From the sequence record DRR723986_5578: a DNA stretch of 36,739 nt. The stretch is one strand, 5' to 3'. The notes beneath the pieces were generated by a model. The model was not told the origin of the DNA and searched no databases. It was given only the letters and a program-made list of their open reading frames with translations. A program made the position numbers and the translations under genes. Position 1 is the first letter of the stretch. Every line of letters starts with the position of its first letter. Shown one piece after another: positions 1-14,865 of this stretch.

Positions 1-152
1 GCCTGATCTACTCCTTCCCCTGCCGCTGCAAAGGCGGTGACTGGGAGATCGTTCAAGGCGTTGACGTCAACGATTTCAGCCGTGCGAAAATGCAGGCGAC
101 TGAGCAAGAGTTGGCTGAAGAGCGCGACGGCGTTAAGCACTTGCTGCCCTAA
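1..152 (+). CDS. mdh: Malate dehydrogenase, C-terminal fragment (5' truncated by window)
   Basis: Frame from nt 3 reads [49 protein letters not shown], the typical C-terminus of cytosolic-type (MDH2 family) malate dehydrogenase; TAA at 150-152. Not in the ORF track. Confidence 0.85.
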   Translation, partial: LIYSFPCRCKGGDWEIVQGVDVNDFSRAKMQATEQELAEERDGVKHLLP

Positions 153-175
153 GGCGTCGTGCCAGGCAGTAAAGG

Positions 176-203
176 AAAAGGCGGCCTTCAGGCCGCCTTT
201 TTT
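176..203 (+). terminator. Rho-independent terminator after mdh
   Basis: AAAAGGCGGCC-TTCA-GGCCGCCTTTT perfect stem followed by T-run. Confidence 0.9.
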
Positions 204-245
204 GTAAGCGCGTAAATGGAACCAGCCATCAACGGGGACATATCA

Positions 246-899
246 ATGAATAAAACCGCAGTGGTACTCGGTGGCACAGGCCTGGTTGGCAGTGCATTGC
301 TGGAACTCTTGGTTCACAGCCCAGCATTCTCTAACGTGCGCTGCATCAGTCGCCGGGCTCCCCACCTCGACCATCCCAAATTAACGCATTGTCACGCTGA
401 TTTTGAGCAATTGGAAAATTACGCAGAGGCGTTTCAAGGCGACTGTCTATTTTCCTGCCTGGGGACAACGCGCAAGCAGGCGGGCTCACTGGCCGCTCAG
501 CGTCGCGTCGACGTGGATTATCAGCTTCGCGCCGCTCAAATAGCCGCCCAACAGGGCGTGCCACACTATTTGCTTGTGTCAGCCATGGGCGCGAATGCGG
601 ATAGTCTTAGCGCCTACATGCAAATGAAGGGCGAGTTAGAGGACGCGGTCATTGCGCTTAACTTCGCAAGCACCAGCATATTTCAACCGTCGCTGTTAAC
701 AGGTGCTCGCGACCAACGCCGCTGGGCAGAATCACTCTCCGCCCCGCTTATGGAAGCCGCCTGCCACCTTCCGGGCTTAAAAAACTACCGGCCGATTTCA
801 GGCACACAACTGGCACAAGCGATGCTGGAGCGCAGCCTGGAAAACACTCAAGGCCTCAAGCGCTACCGCCTGGGGGAGTGTTTTCCAAAGTCAGAGTAG
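246..899 (+). CDS. NAD(P)-binding atypical SDR, YraR/TIP30(CC3)-like oxidoreductase
   Basis: GGTGLVG Rossmann motif, CLGTT, VDVDY, VSAMGA, YxxxK (YMQMK), PSLL; ATG at 246 follows a GGGGA RBS (ORF track starts at 216). Confidence 0.8.
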   Translation: MNKTAVVLGGTGLVGSALLELLVHSPAFSNVRCISRRAPHLDHPKLTHCHADFEQLENYAEAFQGDCLFSCLGTTRKQAGSLAAQRRVDVDYQLRAAQIAAQQGVPHYLLVSAMGANADSLSAYMQMKGELEDAVIALNFASTSIFQPSLLTGARDQRRWAESLSAPLMEAACHLPGLKNYRPISGTQLAQAMLERSLENTQGLKRYRLGECFPKSE

Positions 900-904
900 C
901 CCCC

Positions 905-1900
905 TCAGTCGGGCTCGTCGGCAAACAGCGCACTCGCGCTAAGGCCATTGCTTTCAAACATGCCCCGCAGGCTTTTTAAGGCCTCAACCTGGATCTGCCG
1001 AACCCGCTCGCGGGTCAAGCCGATCTCACGCCCGACCTCTTCCAGTGTTGCCGCCTCGTGGCCGCGCAACCCAAATCGCCTTACCACCACTTCTCTTTGC
1101 TTATCGCTCAGCTCATCGAGCCAGTGGTCAATGCTGTCGGAGAGGTCATCATTTTGCAGAATTTGACTGGGGTTTAGCGCGTTGTGGTCGGCGATTGTAT
1201 CCAGCAGCACTTGATCTGAGTCCTGCGCCAGGGGCACATCCACCGACGCCACACGCTCTTTTAGCCCACACAGGCGCTTGGCCTCGGCAACAGGGCGATT
1301 CAACTCCCTTGCCATTTCTTCCGGCGAGGGCATGTGGTCCAGCTTTTGGCTCAGCTCGCGCTCCGCGCGCAAATAACTGTTGAGCTCTTTTACCACGTGT
1401 ATCGGCAAACGAATCGTGCGGGTCTGATTCATAATCGCCCGCTCGATGGTTTGGCGTATCCACCAAGTGGCATAGGTAGAAAAACGAAAGCCGCGCTCAG
1501 GGTCAAACTTCTCAACGGCGCGAATAAGCCCCAAATTTCCCTCTTCCACCAAGTCGAGCAAAGTAAGGCCTCGATTTAGATAGCGGCGGGCAATTTTCAC
1601 CACCAAGCGCAGGTTGCTCTCTATCATGCGCTTGCGACCGGCCTCATCGCCTTTGCGAGCCAGGCGCGAGTAATAGACTTCTTCATCGGCAGTGAGTAAC
1701 GGCGAGTAGCCGATTTCGTTGAGGTATAGCTGAGTAACATCTAACTCAGCGCTGTGGCGCTTACTGCGTTTTAAGCGACTGATGCCTTTTTCAGTTGTGG
1801 ATTCTTGTTGTTTTTCTATATCCGTATCTGCCACGCCCTTAACAGGCCGCGACGCTTTTCCGTTCGATTCATATACCCGCATCGTCGAATCCTTATGCAA
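905..1900 (-). CDS. rpoS: RNA polymerase sigma factor RpoS
   Basis: [52 protein letters not shown], region 4 [13 protein letters not shown]; downstream of nlpD. Start uncertain (TTG 1900 or ATG 1882). Confidence 0.95.
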   Translation of the reverse strand: MHKDSTMRVYESNGKASRPVKGVADTDIEKQQESTTEKGISRLKRSKRHSAELDVTQLYLNEIGYSPLLTADEEVYYSRLARKGDEAGRKRMIESNLRLVVKIARRYLNRGLTLLDLVEEGNLGLIRAVEKFDPERGFRFSTYATWWIRQTIERAIMNQTRTIRLPIHVVKELNSYLRAERELSQKLDHMPSPEEMARELNRPVAEAKRLCGLKERVASVDVPLAQDSDQVLLDTIADHNALNPSQILQNDDLSDSIDHWLDELSDKQREVVVRRFGLRGHEAATLEEVGREIGLTRERVRQIQVEALKSLRGMFESNGLSASALFADEPD

Positions 1901-1947
1901 GATTGTTATTGTTTCGACTTGGGTGACGCCCTCTTGCTCCTCCTCTT

Positions 1948-2718
1948 CTACCGCCGCGGAAGCAGCTTCAAGGGATCAACCGGTTTTCCGTCAATTCGAA
2001 CTTCAAAATGCAATTTCGCCGAGTTCGTACCGCTATCGCCAAGTTCAGCGATCGTTTGCCCAGCGTTAACTCTCTCTCCCTCTTTTACCAGCAAGCGCCG
2101 ATTGTGACCGTAGGCACTTAAGTAGCGCTCTGAGTGTTTCAATATAAGCAGGTTGCCGTAACCGACCAGGCCACTGCCTGCATAAACGACAACACCACTC
2201 TTCGATGCCCTTACAGGCTCACCCATTTTACCTTTGATATCAATACCCTTGTGGGCCTGCCCGGTCGCAACAAACCCTCGCGTAAGCGGCCCCTTTACCG
2301 GCCAGCGCCATGACTCCTTCGCGGCGCTACGCGGCGGCGACGGCTTTTTCGCAATGGTCTTTTTTTGAGGCTTTACGGTTGGCGTAGGGGTTTTTACTGA
2401 GGGTGAAGAAACGGATTTCCCCGCGATTTTTTTCGGCGCGGACGGCGCAGCATAACGCTCTTTCAACATGATCGCCTGGCCGGGGAAGATGGTGTACGGC
2501 GCTCGAATGTTGTTAGCGTTCGCTAACCGTTTAACGTCGAAGCCGTAACGCCATGCGATTGAAAAAAGGGTGTCACCACGGCTGACAATATAATAGGGCG
2601 GCGGTTTTTCTGAGGGGTTGTATCGGTCAACTACCGGCGCAGCACGATGGGGAGCACTGCATGCGCCAAGCGCCAACAACAGCACAGCCACAAGCAGCGT
2701 GTATCCTACCCTCTTCAC
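1948..2718 (-). CDS. nlpD: LysM/M23 lipoprotein NlpD (amidase activator)
   Basis: Lipobox LGAC, LysM ([17 protein letters not shown]), M23 domain ([21 protein letters not shown]); GTG at 2718 preferred as start; upstream of rpoS. Confidence 0.9.
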   Translation of the reverse strand: MKRVGYTLLVAVLLLALGACSAPHRAAPVVDRYNPSEKPPPYYIVSRGDTLFSIAWRYGFDVKRLANANNIRAPYTIFPGQAIMLKERYAAPSAPKKIAGKSVSSPSVKTPTPTVKPQKKTIAKKPSPPRSAAKESWRWPVKGPLTRGFVATGQAHKGIDIKGKMGEPVRASKSGVVVYAGSGLVGYGNLLILKHSERYLSAYGHNRRLLVKEGERVNAGQTIAELGDSGTNSAKLHFEVRIDGKPVDPLKLLPRR

Positions 2719-2890
2719 TGACGCGGAACCTTCATAGCGAGCTTTCCAGTGGCAATTTGTCATTGGCAACGACTCATTGACCCTAAAGCGAACAAAAGAT
2801 TCTTTTTATCCGCAGCAGGATCAAGCGGGTTTTGATTATTATCAGTGATTTAAACGCCTCGGCTTATGTAAAAATAATCTTAAAAAAGTC

Positions 2891-3796
2891 TCAATTTCTA
2901 CTGGCTACGCGTTCGAGCAAAAGGACAGTCGCGAAACCCACGGCCATCAGCAGCGCACACATCAACCATTGAGGGTCGGCCTGTTCAGCGTACTGCATGG
3001 GCAAGACATTATGCCAATCGACGCTGTGCTCATCGGTTAATAACCGCCCCGCTGAGGAAAGCTTCCACGGCCAGATCACCGCCAATGATCCCAGCAGAAT
3101 CCCCGTCAGCGTAGCCAGCAACGAGCGCCGATGGGTGTGCATCAGGTAGCTAAGCAGGCGCACAAACAACATCAGGCCCGTGGCGCAACCCAACATGAAC
3201 ACCGCGATCATGCCAAGGTCCATCGACTTAATGGCATTGATAATGGGCTCATACATCCCCAGCAACAGCAGGATAAAACTGCCTGAAATTCCCGGCAAGA
3301 TCATCGCGCATATCGCCACCGCACCCGCGCCATAAACGGTCAGCATATTCACCGGCACCTCAGCCGGGCGCAGCGCGGAGATGACCAGCGCGAAAACCAA
3401 GCCCAGTACAACAAAGCCAACAGGCTGACCCCGGCCGGGAATCTGCTGGTAGACAAACAATGCCGACGCGAGAATCAACCCGAAAAAGAAGGCTGCCAGC
3501 AATAGCGGATGAGTAGCCAGAGCCCAGGATATCGCCCGTGCCAGCGACAACACACTAATAGCGATTCCCAGCAATAAACTCAGCAGAAAACCGCCGTTAA
3601 CGTACTGCCATGCCGCCGACGGACCACGCGTGAACAATAACTTGAGTGCCTGCAGGTTGCAGGCTTTCAAACTTTCAATCAGCTGGTCGTAAATACCGGT
3701 GATGAAGGCAACCGTTCCTCCCGAAACTCCCGGTACAATATCAGCAGCACCCATTGCCGCCCCGCGCAGCATCACGCCGGCGCTAAAGCCCTTCAT
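2891..3796 (-). CDS. DUF368 family membrane protein (putative undecaprenyl-phosphate translocase, PopT-like)
   Basis: Twin re-entrant motifs MGAADIVPGVSGGT and AMILPGISGS; many TM helices. Confidence 0.88.
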   Translation of the reverse strand: MKGFSAGVMLRGAAMGAADIVPGVSGGTVAFITGIYDQLIESLKACNLQALKLLFTRGPSAAWQYVNGGFLLSLLLGIAISVLSLARAISWALATHPLLLAAFFFGLILASALFVYQQIPGRGQPVGFVVLGLVFALVISALRPAEVPVNMLTVYGAGAVAICAMILPGISGSFILLLLGMYEPIINAIKSMDLGMIAVFMLGCATGLMLFVRLLSYLMHTHRRSLLATLTGILLGSLAVIWPWKLSSAGRLLTDEHSVDWHNVLPMQYAEQADPQWLMCALLMAVGFATVLLLERVASRN

Positions 3797-3827
3797 ACAT
3801 CTTCCTTAATTGAATTTGGCAACACGT

Positions 3828-4496
3828 TTAGGCGACAACACCACCCACCAGGGGCACGAACAACACCGGCTCAATGCACTGCTCTTCAATGCCGTCTTCG
3901 TGGCGGTCGTAAACATATAGGCTTTGCGGTTTGCCCTGTTCACCGACGGGAATAACCAGCCTGCCGCCCACCGCGAGTTGTTCTAATAACTCAGCTGGCA
4001 CCACCTCTGGCGCCGCCGCCGAGAGTATCGCATCGAAAGGCCCACGCTCAGGCCAGCCCATACCGCCGTCAGCATGGCGCAAATGCACATTGTGCAGGCC
4101 CAAATGGCGAAGGCGCTTACGCGCTTTCTCTTGCAAGGGACGGATACGCTCAACACTGAACACGCGCCCGACGTGTTGCGCCAGGATGGCTGTTTGATAG
4201 CCCGATCCTGTGCCCACTTCCAGCACGCGCTCACGCGGGCCATTGGCCAATAACAGCTCTGTCATACGGGCGACAATATAGGGCTGAGACAGGGTTTGCT
4301 GGAAGCCTATCGGCAGCGAACTGTCCTCATAGGCGCGGTGAGCCAGCGCTTCATCCAGGAAAATATGCCGCGGCGTGGCGCGAATGGTATCCAGGACTTT
4401 TTGATTGCTAATACCCTGCGCTCGCAAACGCTCAATCAGTCGATCCCGGGTACGCTGGGACGTCATCCCAATACCTTGCAAGTTAATACTGCTCAC
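3828..4496 (-). CDS. pcm: Protein-L-isoaspartate O-methyltransferase
   Basis: [43 protein letters not shown]. Confidence 0.95.
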   Translation of the reverse strand: MSSINLQGIGMTSQRTRDRLIERLRAQGISNQKVLDTIRATPRHIFLDEALAHRAYEDSSLPIGFQQTLSQPYIVARMTELLLANGPRERVLEVGTGSGYQTAILAQHVGRVFSVERIRPLQEKARKRLRHLGLHNVHLRHADGGMGWPERGPFDAILSAAAPEVVPAELLEQLAVGGRLVIPVGEQGKPQSLYVYDRHEDGIEEQCIEPVLFVPLVGGVVA

Positions 4497-4522
4497 CTTT
4501 GCTCTTCTCTGTTTTATGGCCT

Positions 4523-5545
4523 TCAGGCGTTAATAAATTCTCTCACAAGCGCTGTAGCGAAACAGCCACTGGGCAGTGAAAACTGCAACTGCAGCTGATC
4601 ATCACTTAACCACTGCCAGCATAATTCCTTTGGAACAACCCGCAGACTGCGCCGCTCCATTTTCATGCCGTGGCGCAGTAAACCGTCGCACAGCGTTTTA
4701 TGGGCAGCAAACACCGATTGTTCAATGGCGTCCACCTCGGCGGTAACACTGTGGCGCGCCACCTTGCCAAACAAGGGGCCACTGGGGTGAATATCCCCCT
4801 CAGCGATGCGTTTTTCGATATCCTCATCCGGCTCAGCCGCAAAAACACTGCCGCTGTCGCGCAAGCTATATAGCTCACCCTCTAAGGGCGATAGCCACGT
4901 TCCTGCTAGCAATCGTAATGCCAAAACCTCATTAAACAGGTAAGAGCGCGCCGAGGACAGGTAAATACTTCGCTGAAATCGCTGAGGTTTACTCTCCCCC
5001 TCAAACCAAGCGCGGCACTGCTCGATATTCGCACCCTCGTGGCCAAAGCGCTGTTCACCGAAATAGTTGGGGTAGCCGGCGCACAGTATCTTCAGACGGC
5101 GATCGATGTCATCGCGGTCACCAACCACCTCGCGCAGGCGAATCACAAAGCGATTGGCTCGGTGACTGCCAGGGCGCAGTTTCTGCCGGTGCCGCCCCCA
5201 GCGCTGTACCTTCCAAAAACTGTCGCCCGATAGCTCAGCAATATCGTCCCAGTCTCGCCCCTGCTTACCCGGCAGATGAACGCAGAACCATTGCCGAGTT
5301 AAGGCATGTCGGTCTTTCAATCCACTATAGGTAACGGCTTTGAGGGAAACACCGGCTAGGTCAGCGATACGGCGGGCAACATACTCGGTGTTATTGCCAC
5401 GCTTCTCCACCCACAGCCAATCGAATTCACCATCGAGGCTAAATTCAACATCAAACTGTTCTTCGACTTCAAAATCCTCGGGCACGCTGCGCAGGCGTCC
5501 GCGCGCCTGAGGAGCGCCGAGATAGGTGGGCCAGTCAGGCAGCAT
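4523..5545 (-). CDS. truD: tRNA pseudouridine(13) synthase TruD
   Basis: [20 protein letters not shown] (catalytic D), [23 protein letters not shown] at 5545 overlaps ispF end. Confidence 0.93.
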   Translation of the reverse strand: MLPDWPTYLGAPQARGRLRSVPEDFEVEEQFDVEFSLDGEFDWLWVEKRGNNTEYVARRIADLAGVSLKAVTYSGLKDRHALTRQWFCVHLPGKQGRDWDDIAELSGDSFWKVQRWGRHRQKLRPGSHRANRFVIRLREVVGDRDDIDRRLKILCAGYPNYFGEQRFGHEGANIEQCRAWFEGESKPQRFQRSIYLSSARSYLFNEVLALRLLAGTWLSPLEGELYSLRDSGSVFAAEPDEDIEKRIAEGDIHPSGPLFGKVARHSVTAEVDAIEQSVFAAHKTLCDGLLRHGMKMERRSLRVVPKELCWQWLSDDQLQLQFSLPSGCFATALVREFINA

Positions 5546-6032
5546 TGGTATCGCGCTCAAGCAATACAACAGCGTCAACGGCAATGCCCTCTTCCCGGCC
5601 CACGAAGCCAAGTTTTTCAGTCGTGGTTGCCTTCACGCTAATATCAGCCAGCGCCACATTCAGGACGCTCGCAAGGCGCTGACGCATAACGGGGATATGC
5701 GGGGCGAGCTTTGGCGCCTGAGCGGCGATGGTAATATCGGCATTTCCCAGTACATAGCCTTTCTGCTTTATCAGCGCGTAGCAATGCGATAACAGCTCAG
5801 CACTATCGGCGCCCTTGTATGCCGCATCGCTGTCGGGAAAATGCTGACCGATATCGCCCAGTGCCAAGGCACCGAGCAATGCATCGCAGAGTGCGTGAAT
5901 GGCAACATCACCGTCGGAATGCGCCTTCAGCCCTTGGTGGTGATCGAGCCGAATACCGCACAAAATAATGTGATCCCCGCTGCCAAAGCGATGAACATCG
6001 TAGCCGTGACCAATACGCACACCACTCATCAC
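5535..6032 (-). CDS. ispF: 2-C-methyl-D-erythritol 2,4-cyclodiphosphate synthase
   Basis: [33 protein letters not shown]. Confidence 0.97.
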   Translation of the reverse strand: MMSGVRIGHGYDVHRFGSGDHIILCGIRLDHHQGLKAHSDGDVAIHALCDALLGALALGDIGQHFPDSDAAYKGADSAELLSHCYALIKQKGYVLGNADITIAAQAPKLAPHIPVMRQRLASVLNVALADISVKATTTEKLGFVGREEGIAVDAVVLLERDTNAA

Positions 6033-6739
6033 CGCACTCCTTCGCGCGACTGCGCCTGCAAATAGAACTCCGCCAATGCTAAATCCTCGGGATAGGTCAC
6101 TTTGATATTCGCGGCACTACCTGCCACCAGCTGTACGCTGCCGCTACAGTGTTCAATCGCAGACGCTTCGTCGGTTACCGTCAAGCGGTGCTCTCGGCAG
6201 TAGCGCAGCGAGGACACCAGCTCTCCATAGCGAAATACCTGCGGCGTTAGCGCGCGCCACAAACCGCTGCGGTCCAGGGTTTCTTCAACCTCATTGGCTT
6301 GGCCCGCTCGTTTTACGGTATCGACAATCGGCGCCGCCAACAGGCCACCGCGCTGCTGAGAAAGCGTAGCCTGAATCAGCGCCGACAAATCGGCCGACGT
6401 CAGGCAGGGCCGCGCCGCATCGTGCACCAACACCCAATCTGCATCACTGGCCTCACCGCGCAGCGTCAGCAGTGCCATCTCCACAGAGTCTGCTCGTTCA
6501 CTGCCGCCAACGACGGCCCGAACCCGGGGGTGATGGCTTAAGGGTAGAGAGGAAAACTGCTCATCACTGGGGTGAAGAGCAAACAACACGGCTGAGATTT
6601 GAGGTTCAGCCAGCAGGGCTGATGCACTGTGTTCGATAACCGTGCGACCAGCGAGAGGCATGTACTGCTTGGGACGCTCACTGGCAAAGCGGCTGCCTCG
6701 GCCGGCCGCTGGAATAATGGCCCACAAACGCTGTGTCAC
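6029..6739 (-). CDS. ispD: 2-C-methyl-D-erythritol 4-phosphate cytidylyltransferase
   Basis: [38 protein letters not shown]. Confidence 0.96.
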   Translation of the reverse strand: MTQRLWAIIPAAGRGSRFASERPKQYMPLAGRTVIEHSASALLAEPQISAVLFALHPSDEQFSSLPLSHHPRVRAVVGGSERADSVEMALLTLRGEASDADWVLVHDAARPCLTSADLSALIQATLSQQRGGLLAAPIVDTVKRAGQANEVEETLDRSGLWRALTPQVFRYGELVSSLRYCREHRLTVTDEASAIEHCSGSVQLVAGSAANIKVTYPEDLALAEFYLQAQSREGVR

Positions 6740-7020
6740 GGTGAGTCTTCTATGATGAGATAAAACGTTTCGTCCTCGCGAATCAGCCCCATATCATTCC
6801 GGGCTCTCTCCTCGATGCTGTCGAGGTTATTCTTGAGGCTATGTACCTCGCCCAGCAGCCGATCATTGCGCTGCCGAAGCGCAGTATTGTGTTGCTGCTG
6901 ATCGCCAATTTCCCGCCGCAGACTAACAATCTGCTCCCAACTGCCGCTGCCATTCCACAGGCGCAATTGCAGCGCAAGCAGTAATACCAGTAGCAGTAGC
7001 AGCAATCGGCGGCGGGTCAT
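6736..7020 (-). CDS. ftsB: Cell division protein FtsB
   Basis: N-terminal TM, coiled coil, IEERARNDMGLIREDETFY; between eno and ispD. Confidence 0.92.
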   Translation of the reverse strand: MTRRRLLLLLLVLLLALQLRLWNGSGSWEQIVSLRREIGDQQQHNTALRQRNDRLLGEVHSLKNNLDSIEERARNDMGLIREDETFYLIIEDSP

Positions 7021-7082
7021 TGCTTATCCTTTGTCGGTGCTCAGAGACCACGCTTGCCTATGAGCACACGTACACAGTGCGA

Positions 7083-8381
<1,299 letters not shown>

Positions 8382-8437
8382 CTATAAGTCGTATCGCGAC
8401 GCCGAGCGTCGTTATTGTTTTAAAAAATGAATAGGGT

Positions 8438-9340
<903 letters not shown>

Positions 9341-9361
9341 TTAGGGGCGCGGGCGCGATCA

Positions 9362-11050
<1,689 letters not shown>

Positions 11051-11067
11051 CTATATGATGGGCGCTC

Positions 11068-11096
11068 AGTTTAACAGCATGGATCGACCTAGACAA
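11068..11096 (-). promoter_or_regulatory. Putative sigma70 promoter of the pyrG operon
   Basis: Minus strand TTGTCT-17 bp-TAAACT about 80 bp upstream of pyrG ATG, followed by a GC-rich discriminator (GAGCGCCC). Confidence 0.55.
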
Positions 11097-11128
11097 TGAA
11101 ATTAGGCCTCTGAGCCAGGCGTATGCTC

Positions 11129-11137
11129 TGTTATACT
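11129..11137 (+). promoter_or_regulatory. Extended -10 element upstream of suhB
   Basis: TGTTATACT (TGnTATAcT) about 40 bp before the suhB ATG. Confidence 0.5.
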
Positions 11138-11175
11138 GCCCGGCTAATTGCTTGCACATTCAAGGTCTTAGTTCT

Positions 11176-11979
11176 ATGCAACCCATGTTGAATATCGCCC
11201 TGCGCGCCGCGCGCAAGGCCGGTGATCTGGTCGCCCGCGCCGCCGAGCAGATTGACCGCCTGAAAATTGAATCAAAGGGCGAGAATGATTTTGTTACCGA
11301 AATCGACCGCAAGGCCGAACAGGAAATCATCTACCACCTCCAAAAAGCCTACCCCGAGCACCGCTTTCTCGGTGAAGAGAGCGGCGAAACCGGTAACCCC
11401 GACAGCGATTACTTGTGGATTATCGACCCCATCGATGGCACCACGAATTTCGTACGCGGCATCCCGCACTACTGCATCTCGATCGCCTGCCTTCATCAAG
11501 GGCAGATTGAGCACGCCGTTGTCCTGGACCCGATCCGCCGCGAAGAATTTACCGCCAGCCGTGGCCGCGGCGCCCAGTTAAATGGTCGTCGAGTCCGCGT
11601 GACAATGGCCGCCAGCCTGGAAGGCACCCTGATCGGTACCGGCATTCCATTTAAGTCGCGCAGTGAACAGCATATCGCTGCTTACATGAAGAGCCTGGAA
11701 GCCGTCGCGCGCGAAACCGCGGGAATCCGCCGCGCGGGTTCAGCTGCCCTCGACCTGGCCTATGTTGCTGCGGGTCGCCTGGATGGCTTCTGGGAAATCG
11801 GCCTGAGCAAGTGGGATATTGCTGCTGGCGTGCTGTTGGTTCGCGAGGCCGGTGGTCTGATTAGTGACTTCCAAGGCGGCGGCAACTACCTGGAGAGCGG
11901 CAACATCGTGGCCGCCAATCCGAAGTGCTTAAAGGGCTTGCTGCAGGCAGTGAAACCGCCGCTTGAGCACATTCGTTAG
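11176..11979 (+). CDS. suhB: Inositol-1-monophosphatase / Nus factor SuhB
   Basis: MQPMLNIALRAARKAG, WIIDPIDGTTNF, RRAGSAALDLAYVAAGR, WDIAAG. Confidence 0.95.
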   Translation: MQPMLNIALRAARKAGDLVARAAEQIDRLKIESKGENDFVTEIDRKAEQEIIYHLQKAYPEHRFLGEESGETGNPDSDYLWIIDPIDGTTNFVRGIPHYCISIACLHQGQIEHAVVLDPIRREEFTASRGRGAQLNGRRVRVTMAASLEGTLIGTGIPFKSRSEQHIAAYMKSLEAVARETAGIRRAGSAALDLAYVAAGRLDGFWEIGLSKWDIAAGVLLVREAGGLISDFQGGGNYLESGNIVAANPKCLKGLLQAVKPPLEHIR

Positions 11980-12003
11980 TCGCCACCAGCTAATTATAAA
12001 AAC

Positions 12004-12032
12004 CAAAAAGGGCGCTACATGCGCCCTTTTTG
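12004..12032. terminator. Bidirectional intrinsic terminator between suhB and secF
   Basis: CAAAAAGGGCGC-TACAT-GCGCCCTTTTTG between convergent genes. Confidence 0.88.
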
Positions 12033-12056
12033 TTTGCCGTAAAAACCGCAATATTG

Positions 12057-12980
12057 CTACGGCAGTTCGTCCAGCTCGGCGCCCTCTTTCTCCGGCACCA
12101 TCAAATCCTCTGGACTGATCTTCATTGCCACCAACAAGCTCGCAACAATAAATACCGATGAATAGGTACCCACACCCACACCGACCAGCAATGCCAGTGC
12201 AAAGCTATGGATCATTTCACCCCCCACCAGCGCCAGAGCCACCAGTACCATCAAGGTGGTACCCGAGGTCACCAACGTACGGCCAAGCGTATCGGTAAGC
12301 GAGATATTGACGATATCCACCGGGGAGTATCCGCGCATACCGCGCAGGTTCTCGCGAATCCGGTCGGCAACAACAATGGAGTCATTCAAGGAATAACCAA
12401 TAACCGCCAGTACGGCCGCCAAGACCGTTAAGTCGAAATCCCAACCGACCAGCGAAAACACGCCCAAGGTGATGACCACATCGTGCGCCAACGCCAATAC
12501 GGCGCCAAAGGCAAACTTCATCTGGAAGCGCATTGCCACGTAAATCAGCACCACAATCAGCGCCAGCAATACTGCCAGACCACCTTGTTCACGCAGCTCC
12601 TCACCGACCTGTGGGCCAACAAACTCAATACGGCGAAGCTCTACGTCGTAGGGGCTGTCCGCGCGCAGCGCCGACAACACTTGCTCGCCCAGCGTGGGGC
12701 TCAAGCCCTGGGGCAGTCGCACAAGCACATCGGTGTCTGAGCCAAAATTGACAACAATGGCACTCTCAAAGCCATTGGTTTCCAGCGTATTGCGCACCTC
12801 TTGCAGGGGCACGGATTCTTCGTAGATCACTTCGATCAATGTGCCACCGGTGAAGTCCAAACCGAAGTTCAGCCCCTTCACGGCAATCAACAATATGGAG
12901 GCAAGCACTGCCGCCAACGAGAATGCCGCCGCCACTTTGCGGGCACTCATAAAACGGATAAATTTCTTTTCCTCTGACAT
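12057..12980 (-). CDS. secF: Protein translocase subunit SecF
   Basis: GLNFGLDFTGGT, VGPQVGEEL, IGYSLNDSIVVADRIRE; ATG 12980 after AAGGAAG RBS. Confidence 0.96.
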   Translation of the reverse strand: MSEEKKFIRFMSARKVAAAFSLAAVLASILLIAVKGLNFGLDFTGGTLIEVIYEESVPLQEVRNTLETNGFESAIVVNFGSDTDVLVRLPQGLSPTLGEQVLSALRADSPYDVELRRIEFVGPQVGEELREQGGLAVLLALIVVLIYVAMRFQMKFAFGAVLALAHDVVITLGVFSLVGWDFDLTVLAAVLAVIGYSLNDSIVVADRIRENLRGMRGYSPVDIVNISLTDTLGRTLVTSGTTLMVLVALALVGGEMIHSFALALLVGVGVGTYSSVFIVASLLVAMKISPEDLMVPEKEGAELDELP

Positions 12981-12990
12981 GGGCCCTTCC

Positions 12991-14865
12991 TTATATTGCC
13001 AGTTTGCTGACACGGCGGCGGCCGTAGATCAGATTCACAATTGCACGCGTTCCCATGATCGCCGTGAACATCGACGTCACAATGCCCAGTGACAGGGTTA
13101 CAGCAAAGCCGCGCACTGGGCCAGTGCCCACCGCATAGAGGATCACTGCTACCAGCAGGGTGGTAATATTGGCGTCCATGATTGTGACAAAGGCTCGGCC
13201 ATAGCCCGCATTAATGGCGTGCTGCGGCGACGCCCCTTCGGCAATTTCCTCGCGTATTCGCGAGAAGATCAACACATTGGCATCCACCGCCATACCCACG
13301 GTAAGGACGATACCCGCAATACCCGGCAAGGTTAGCGTTGCGCCCAGCAGTGACATGGCGCCAACAAGCAACACGATATTAAAGGCCAGCGCCACCACGG
13401 CGATAATGCCGAACACGCGGTAGTAAACCAGCATGAACAGCGCTACCGCAGCGAGACCGATCTGCACCGATAACAGGCCTTTGGAGATATTCTCTGCCCC
13501 GAGTGATGGACCTACCGTTCGCTCTTCAACAAAATCGATCGGTGCGGCCAGGGCGCCTGCGCGGAGTAACAGCGCCAATTCAGTAGCCTCACCGGGTGCA
13601 TCGAGGCCAGTAATACGGAACTGGACGCCCAGCGCATCGCGAATGGTTGCCAGAGAAATGATTTTTTTCTCGTCGTAGGGAACACGAACAACCTGCTCTT
13701 CCCCAGCGGCATTGGTTTCATAACGCGTGCGGCTCTTGCGCTCAATAAACAGCACACCCAAACGGCGGTTGATATTGTGGCGGGTAACACGGTGCATCAA
13801 TGCGCCGCCCTCGCTGTCCAGGGTAATGCTTACCTGAGGCATGCCGTTTTCGTCGAAGCTGGCTTGGGCGTTGGCAACACGCTCACCGGTGATCACCACT
13901 TCGCGCTCCAACCAGGCATTGGGCTCACCGCGACCGGGGTTGCGGAAATTAAATTGTTCCCGGTCAGAGGGCTCGGCGTCGTAGCGCGCCTCAAGCCGGA
14001 ACTCCAGATTCGCCGTTTTACCCAAAATTCGCTTGGCCTCTGCGGTATCCTGAATGCCGGGTAATTCCACAACAATGCGGTTGCGCCCCTGGCGCTGAAC
14101 CAAGGGCTCTGATACACCCAATTCATTGACGCGGTTGCGCAGAGTGGTCAGGTTTTGACCCACGGCGTAGTCTTCAATCTCTTTGCGTTTGGTTTCAGAA
14201 AGCAGCGCCTCGAGATAAAACGCCTCCTCCCCTTCCGGGGCTGAAACGCGCTGGGCGGTAAGCTCGGTATATTCCTTGCGAATCACACTTAAGGCTTTGT
14301 CGCGATTCTCTTCACTGCTGAATTTACCGCGAATAATGCCCTGCTCACCCAAACGCACAAAGCCGCGAATACGCTCTTCACGCAGCTTCTTTTTAATGCC
14401 AGTACTGTAGTGCTCCAGGCGGGTAGCAATGGCCGCGTCGGTGTCGACTTCAAGCAAAAAGTGCACACCACCACTGAGATCAAGCCCCAGTTTCATCGCG
14501 CCGGCCCCAAGTCCGCTCAGCCAGTCAGGGGTGTTTGAGGCCATATTGAGGGCGACCACATAACCATCACCCAAGGCGCGCTGAATTAATTTCTGCGCGT
14601 GGAGCTGGTCGTCAGCATGGCGGAGCCGCACCAAACCACTTTTGCCAGTGGTGTCCGCTTCAGCACCGAAATGGTCGATATCGGCCGCCGTCAACGCCGC
14701 CGTGATTTTATCGATTTCCCGGGCAGAAATTTGCGTACCGCTGCTTTCACCAGAGATCTGTACCGCAGGGTCTGGCCGGTACAAATTCGGCGAGGCATAC
14801 AGCAAACCAATCCCCAGAACCGCCACGATAAGCAGGTTCTTCCACAGGGGGTATTTATTGAGCAT
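12991..14865 (-). CDS. secD: Protein translocase subunit SecD
   Basis: MLNKYPLWK, KLGLDLSGGVHFLL, RNRVNELGVSEP, VGPSLG, GMAVDANVLIFSRIREE. Confidence 0.96.
   Translation of the reverse strand: MLNKYPLWKNLLIVAVLGIGLLYASPNLYRPDPAVQISGESSGTQISAREIDKITAALTAADIDHFGAEADTTGKSGLVRLRHADDQLHAQKLIQRALGDGYVVALNMASNTPDWLSGLGAGAMKLGLDLSGGVHFLLEVDTDAAIATRLEHYSTGIKKKLREERIRGFVRLGEQGIIRGKFSSEENRDKALSVIRKEYTELTAQRVSAPEGEEAFYLEALLSETKRKEIEDYAVGQNLTTLRNRVNELGVSEPLVQRQGRNRIVVELPGIQDTAEAKRILGKTANLEFRLEARYDAEPSDREQFNFRNPGRGEPNAWLEREVVITGERVANAQASFDENGMPQVSITLDSEGGALMHRVTRHNINRRLGVLFIERKSRTRYETNAAGEEQVVRVPYDEKKIISLATIRDALGVQFRITGLDAPGEATELALLLRAGALAAPIDFVEERTVGPSLGAENISKGLLSVQIGLAAVALFMLVYYRVFGIIAVVALAFNIVLLVGAMSLLGATLTLPGIAGIVLTVGMAVDANVLIFSRIREEIAEGASPQHAINAGYGRAFVTIMDANITTLLVAVILYAVGTGPVRGFAVTLSLGIVTSMFTAIMGTRAIVNLIYGRRRVSKLAI

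Noticed and set aside
6975-7006. Repetitive CAG/TAG triplets in ftsB
   Set aside because: Simply encode the poly-Leu transmembrane helix
11124-11135. boxA-like TGCTCTGTTATA upstream of suhB
   Set aside because: Poor match to TGCTCTTTAACA and overlaps the predicted -10, so it would not be transcribed
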